From Candidatus Wolframiiraptor sinensis (GTDB lineage: Archaea > Thermoproteota > Nitrososphaeria_A > Caldarchaeales > Wolframiiraptoraceae), in NCBI GenBank assembly GCA_023261815.1, contig JALNKA010000023.1, positions 1 through 11,509 of the forward strand: a DNA stretch of 11,509 nt. The letters run 5' to 3'. The notes below the pieces were generated by a model, which saw nothing but the letters and a program-made list of their open reading frames with translations, searched no databases and was not told the DNA's origin. Position numbers and translations under genes: made by a program. This document shows, piece after piece, positions 8,182-11,509 of the stretch (position 1 is the first letter of the stretch; each line of letters starts with the position of its first letter).

Positions 8182-8916
8182 TCAGCTTTCTCTCATCAGA
8201 TTCATGATCATCCTCAGGACCTTTGAGTGCTTCTCCTCATCGCTTTTGATGAACTCGACGAGCAGGGTGCTGAAGCCCTTCGGCAAGAGCTTCTCGACCT
8301 CTTCAAGGCTCTCTATATGCGCTTCCTCCTCCTTCCTGAGAAGGGTTTCGATATCTACTCTCCTCAACTGGCTTAAGTCTATGGCCCCGCCGCCCTCTAT
8401 CGCCGATATGAGCGTCATCAGGATGTCGGCGTGCCTCAGGCAGTCGCTCGCGAGCGCCCTGAAAATCATTCTAGCTAGGTCATCCCTCAAGCTTATAGCA
8501 GCCCTCATGAACTCCTCTGCCGACTCCTGCTCAGCTTGAACCCTTTTGCGAAGAAACTCGAGTATCCTCGCGGTCTCCCCGCTCACCGCGCTCGGAATAA
8601 TCTTAACCCTCTCATCCATCTCAAGCGCTCTCCGGATGCTGAAGGCCGCATCGTAAAGCTCACCTTCGCTGATCGCCCCCCTAGCCAAGATCTTCTCAAT
8701 AAGCTCATCGAGACAGCGCCTAGCGGCCTCGCTCGCAGCTATCCTCCTCGCCGATGACGACGCCCTCCTATTACTCAGGTAGAGAGTTATCGTCGGCTGG
8801 CTCGTGCCCAGAGCCTCCGCCGCCCTCTTCCTGCTAAAGCCATGATCTCTTACAAGCCTCATCGCCAGAACAGCTCTAATCCCCGAGGCTATCTCCTCGA
8901 CTCGCATCAGCGGCAC
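8182..8916 (-). CDS. HTH transcriptional regulator fused to a C-terminal ferritin/rubrerythrin-like four-helix bundle
   Basis: N-terminal IRAVLAMRLVRDHGFSRKRAAEALGTSQPTITLYLSNRR (archaeal XRE-like/COG2522-type HTH); C-terminal E129...DCLRH162...E196...DEEKH230. The likely start is ATG at 8907, with SD GGAGGTG at 8914-8920. Confidence 0.8.
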   Translation of the reverse strand: MPLMRVEEIASGIRAVLAMRLVRDHGFSRKRAAEALGTSQPTITLYLSNRRASSSARRIAASEAARRCLDELIEKILARGAISEGELYDAAFSIRRALEMDERVKIIPSAVSGETARILEFLRKRVQAEQESAEEFMRAAISLRDDLARMIFRALASDCLRHADILMTLISAIEGGGAIDLSQLRRVDIETLLRKEEEAHIESLEEVEKLLPKGFSTLLVEFIKSDEEKHSKVLRMIMNLMRES

Positions 8917-8963
8917 CTCCCCAAGGGCAACAGCCTTCTCGAGCTGGCGTGCGAAAATAGCAC

Positions 8964-8984
8964 TGTAAAGTGCAAGGCTTTACA
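8964..8984. promoter_or_regulatory. Inverted repeat TGTAAAG-N7-CTTTACA, candidate operator
   Basis: Perfect 7-bp arms at 8964-8970 and 8978-8984 between the divergent regulator and feoA, adjacent to the TATA element. Confidence 0.6.
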
Positions 8985-8986
8985 CC

Positions 8987-8998
8987 ATAAATTTAAAA
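8987..8998. promoter_or_regulatory. Bidirectional TATA element for feoAB and the regulator
   Basis: ATAAATTTAAAA reads TTTAAAA on plus (8992-8998) and TTTTAAATTTAT on minus; the feoA SD GGTGA lies at 9033-9037. Confidence 0.6.
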
Positions 8999-9042
8999 TC
9001 ACAGCTCATAGAAAAACCTTCTGGATCAGAGTGGTGAGCTAG

Positions 9043-9351
9043 ATGAAGGTTTTGCTGACATCGTTAAGCGAGGGCCAGGAGGCTGTTGTGGTCGAGATAG
9101 CGCCCTGCGGCCCGCCTCATGAGGCTGGATTCTGGGGTGGGCTTAGATGCAGGTTTGGGTGGGGCTGGAGAGGCGAGAATAGGGTTAGCAGAGGCGCCGC
9201 TAAGAGGCTCGCGGATCTCGGCATACTCCCCGGAACGCGGATCAAGGTCGTTAGAAGAGCTCCATTCGGAGGCCCCATAGAGGTTGAGGTAGGGGGCTCG
9301 CGGTTCATGATAGGAAGAGGATTGGCCTCCAGAATAATCGTCGAGGTCTAG
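9043..9351 (+). CDS. feoA: Ferrous iron transport protein A, with insertion
   Basis: 102 aa; KRLADLGILPGTRIKVVRRAPFGGPIEVEVGGSRFMIGRGLASRIIV is the FeoA SH3-like signature; directly upstream of feoB. Confidence 0.93.
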   Translation: MKVLLTSLSEGQEAVVVEIAPCGPPHEAGFWGGLRCRFGWGWRGENRVSRGAAKRLADLGILPGTRIKVVRRAPFGGPIEVEVGGSRFMIGRGLASRIIVEV

Positions 9352-9384
9352 CATGTAGAGTTCTTTTTCCGGGAGGAAACGCGG

Positions 9385-11361
9385 ATGAGGTGGGCGAGCG
9401 CTCCAGATCGCGGAGTCGGCGGACGAGCCACGCCCGATCTAAGAGTTGCTCTAGCCGGGCAGGCGAATGTCGGCAAGAGCGTGATCTTCAACCAGCTGAC
9501 GGGACTTCATCAACACATAGCTAACTGGCCTGGAACCACTGTTGATAAGGCTGAAGGAAGGCTCTACTACAAGGGCCTCCTGATAGATGTGGTGGATCTA
9601 CCGGGAATCTACTCGCTGACCCACTTATCGCTCGAAGAAAGGATCTCGAGGGATTACATCGCGAAGGAGAAGCCGGATGTAGTCATAAATGTTGTCGACG
9701 CGACCGCTCTCGAGAGGCACCTGATCTTCACGCTGCAGCTCATAGAGCTCGGGAGGCCGCTGGTCCTCGTGCTGAACATGATGGACTTGGCCGAGAAATA
9801 CGGCATCGAGATAAATGCCGAGGCTCTCGAAGAGGAGCTAGGGGTGCCCGTAATCGCGACCATAGCGACGCGCGGGAAGGGCATATCCCGAATCCTTGAC
9901 GCGGCCATCGAACTGAGCAGAACAAGCTACACGCCAAAGAAAATACGTTATGGTGAGGAGGTCGAGAAGCGCCTCGAGATGCTGGAATCAGCATTGAAGG
10001 AGCTCGACTTGCCATACCCGGCGAGATGGGTGGCGCTGAAGCTCCTTGAGGGCGATGAGGAGATCAGGGAGCTCGTCAGAGTTAGGAGCCCTGGCGTAAT
10101 CGAGCTAACCGATGAGCTGATCTCCGAGCTCGAGCACATTCACGGACATGAATCCTCAATAATAATCGCGAATGAGCGGGCTTGTGCGGCAAATCAAATC
10201 GCCAGGAGATGCATGAAGATAGTGAAGCCCAGAAAGCCGACGCTGGGAGATAGATTCGACGAGATCGCGACCCACCCCGTGCTCGGATACATGCTAGCCG
10301 CCGTAATGCTCGCGGGGATCTTCTTCATAGTCTTCGGCGTCGGCGGAGCGGTTGCGAGCTTCTTTGAGGAGGATCTCTCGGAGCTCATGCGCGAGGCCTG
10401 GATCAGTTCACTTGGAACCGCGCCATTATCTGAGGTGGGCTGGTCGGCAGCCCAGAGCATCTTATTCCTCATCGGCTTAGCCATACCCTACATTCTCCCG
10501 CTATACTTCCTAGTATTCCTCTTGGAGAACTGGGGGTACTTGGCGAGATTATCATTCCTGATGGACTCGCTGATGCATAAGGCGGGGGTTCACGGCAAAG
10601 CTGTGATCCCAATGCTCCTCGGATTCGGCTGCAATGTCCCAGCATGCCTTGCCACAAGGGTCATGGATACCTGGAAGGAGAGGATGATAGCGATCCTGAT
10701 GACGACTCTCGTTCCATGCTCCGCCGTGACGGTCGTAGTTATGGGGCTCGTCGGAAGATATCTGGGAATATCATGGGTCATAGGTCTCTACCTGTTCGCG
10801 CTGCTAATGGCCTTCGCGCTCGGCTCAGCAGCCTCGAGAATACTGCCAGGAGAATCGGTGGAGCTCATAATGGAGATGCCCAGCTACAAGGCTCCCAGCC
10901 TCAAAACAATACTGACGATGACGTGGATCAGGCTGCGGGAATACATCAAGATAGCCGCCCCCCTGATCGTCGTGATCGGAGCTCTGGTAAAGATCATGGA
11001 GATCTTTGGGCTCCTAGAGCCATTATCTAAGATTCTCAGCCCGCTAACATGCGGGTGGCTGGGGCTACCGGAGGAAACCGGCGTGCTACTGATCTTCGGG
11101 ATCCTGAGGAAGGAGCTTATACTGACGTCGCTCGCGGCGCTACTCGGAACCCTGGACTTCTCGCAAGCGCTCACCGCAAACCAGATGATAACGTTCTCAA
11201 TAGTGACAATACTATATATACCATGCGCCGCAACAATCTCAGCCCTGCTAAAGGAGACCGGAGCGAAAACAACCCTAACAATCACCGCAGCGGAAATCGG
11301 GCTAGCAATACTAGTTGGCGGAATCGCATCAAAACTCCTCCTACTCCTAGGAATAAACTAA
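9385..11361 (+). CDS. feoB: Ferrous iron transport protein B
   Basis: 658 aa; G1 GQANVGKS, G2 NWPGTTV, G3 DLPG, G4 NMMD; membrane domain with GFGCNVPA, LVPCSA, MEMPSY, YIPCAAT; SD GGAGG at 9372-9376. Confidence 0.96.
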   Translation: MRWASAPDRGVGGRATPDLRVALAGQANVGKSVIFNQLTGLHQHIANWPGTTVDKAEGRLYYKGLLIDVVDLPGIYSLTHLSLEERISRDYIAKEKPDVVINVVDATALERHLIFTLQLIELGRPLVLVLNMMDLAEKYGIEINAEALEEELGVPVIATIATRGKGISRILDAAIELSRTSYTPKKIRYGEEVEKRLEMLESALKELDLPYPARWVALKLLEGDEEIRELVRVRSPGVIELTDELISELEHIHGHESSIIIANERACAANQIARRCMKIVKPRKPTLGDRFDEIATHPVLGYMLAAVMLAGIFFIVFGVGGAVASFFEEDLSELMREAWISSLGTAPLSEVGWSAAQSILFLIGLAIPYILPLYFLVFLLENWGYLARLSFLMDSLMHKAGVHGKAVIPMLLGFGCNVPACLATRVMDTWKERMIAILMTTLVPCSAVTVVVMGLVGRYLGISWVIGLYLFALLMAFALGSAASRILPGESVELIMEMPSYKAPSLKTILTMTWIRLREYIKIAAPLIVVIGALVKIMEIFGLLEPLSKILSPLTCGWLGLPEETGVLLIFGILRKELILTSLAALLGTLDFSQALTANQMITFSIVTILYIPCAATISALLKETGAKTTLTITAAEIGLAILVGGIASKLLLLLGIN

Positions 11362-11434
11362 CCACCAGTCTAGAGCGCAATACCCTCGAATAGGCTGCTC
11401 GCATCCCCTCAAGCAGTAATCAATCCCGCATAAC

Positions 11435-11442
11435 TATATATT
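11435..11442 (+). promoter_or_regulatory. Candidate TATA box for the downstream tRNA
   Basis: TATATATT about 47 nt upstream of the tRNA-like 5' end at 11489. Confidence 0.4.
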
Positions 11443-11488
11443 AGCCTGAAATCTCCATCACAATTGAGATTGTTAGAGCACCGGGAAA

Positions 11489-11509
11489 GGGCCCGTAGCT
11501 CAGCATGGA
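11489..11509 (+). tRNA. 5' end of a tRNA gene, truncated by the window edge (isotype undetermined)
   Basis: GGGCCCG-TA-GCTC-AGCATGGA matches acceptor strand, U8A9, D-stem and D-loop GG of archaeal tRNAs; the anticodon is outside the window. Confidence 0.8.

Noticed and set aside
8917-9042. Fur box, DtxR/IdeR box or riboswitch upstream of feoA
   Set aside because: There is no match to the GATAATGATAATCATTATC or TTAGGTTAGCCTAA consensus, and the predicted leader is too short for a riboswitch.
10644-11393. Alternative-frame plus-strand ORFs (128 aa and 114 aa) in feoB, as a possible FeoC or frameshift product
   Set aside because: FeoB is intact in its own frame; these ORFs lack the FeoC winged-helix/Cys pattern and look like off-frame translations.
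11450-11471. Inverted repeat AATCTC-N10-GAGATT upstream of the right-hand tRNA
   Set aside because: The 6-bp arms with a long spacer are plausible by chance, and there is no second copy.
1-11509. tRNA genes at both ends suggesting an integrated island
   Set aside because: Both tRNAs point outward, so the window lies upstream of both; there is no integrase or att repeat, and the content is housekeeping.
11489-11509. Assigning the terminal tRNA as Arg or Ala
   Set aside because: The D-loop GGA and 5' GGGCCCG fit several isotypes, and the anticodon is not in the window.

Overview
Archaeal chromosomal window (GC roughly mid-50s % by eye; archaeal-type LeuRS, ether-lipid prenyltransferase, tRNA-splicing endonuclease subunit, TATA boxes and GGTGA/GGAGG Shine-Dalgarno motifs; probably a thermophilic TACK-group archaeon, which is inference). 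It is bounded by an intron-less tRNA-Leu(GAG) on the minus strand at the left and the 5' end of another tRNA at the right. The minus-strand cluster encodes a likely non-catalytic EndA subunit, DGGGP synthase, a RifK/BtrR-like DegT aminotransferase and alanine dehydrogenase. The plus strand carries a membrane-anchored single-HKD PLD/Nuc protein, leuS and a DUF434/PIN-like protein. The most notable element is an iron module: a helix-turn-helix plus ferritin-like four-helix-bundle fusion gene, divergent from feoA-feoB. The shared intergenic region holds a TGTAAAG-N7-CTTTACA inverted repeat next to a bidirectional TATA element, suggesting a non-Fur, non-DtxR iron-sensing regulator and its operator. 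FeoA also carries an unusual Cys/His/Trp/Gly-rich insertion. No mobile elements or CRISPR arrays were seen.
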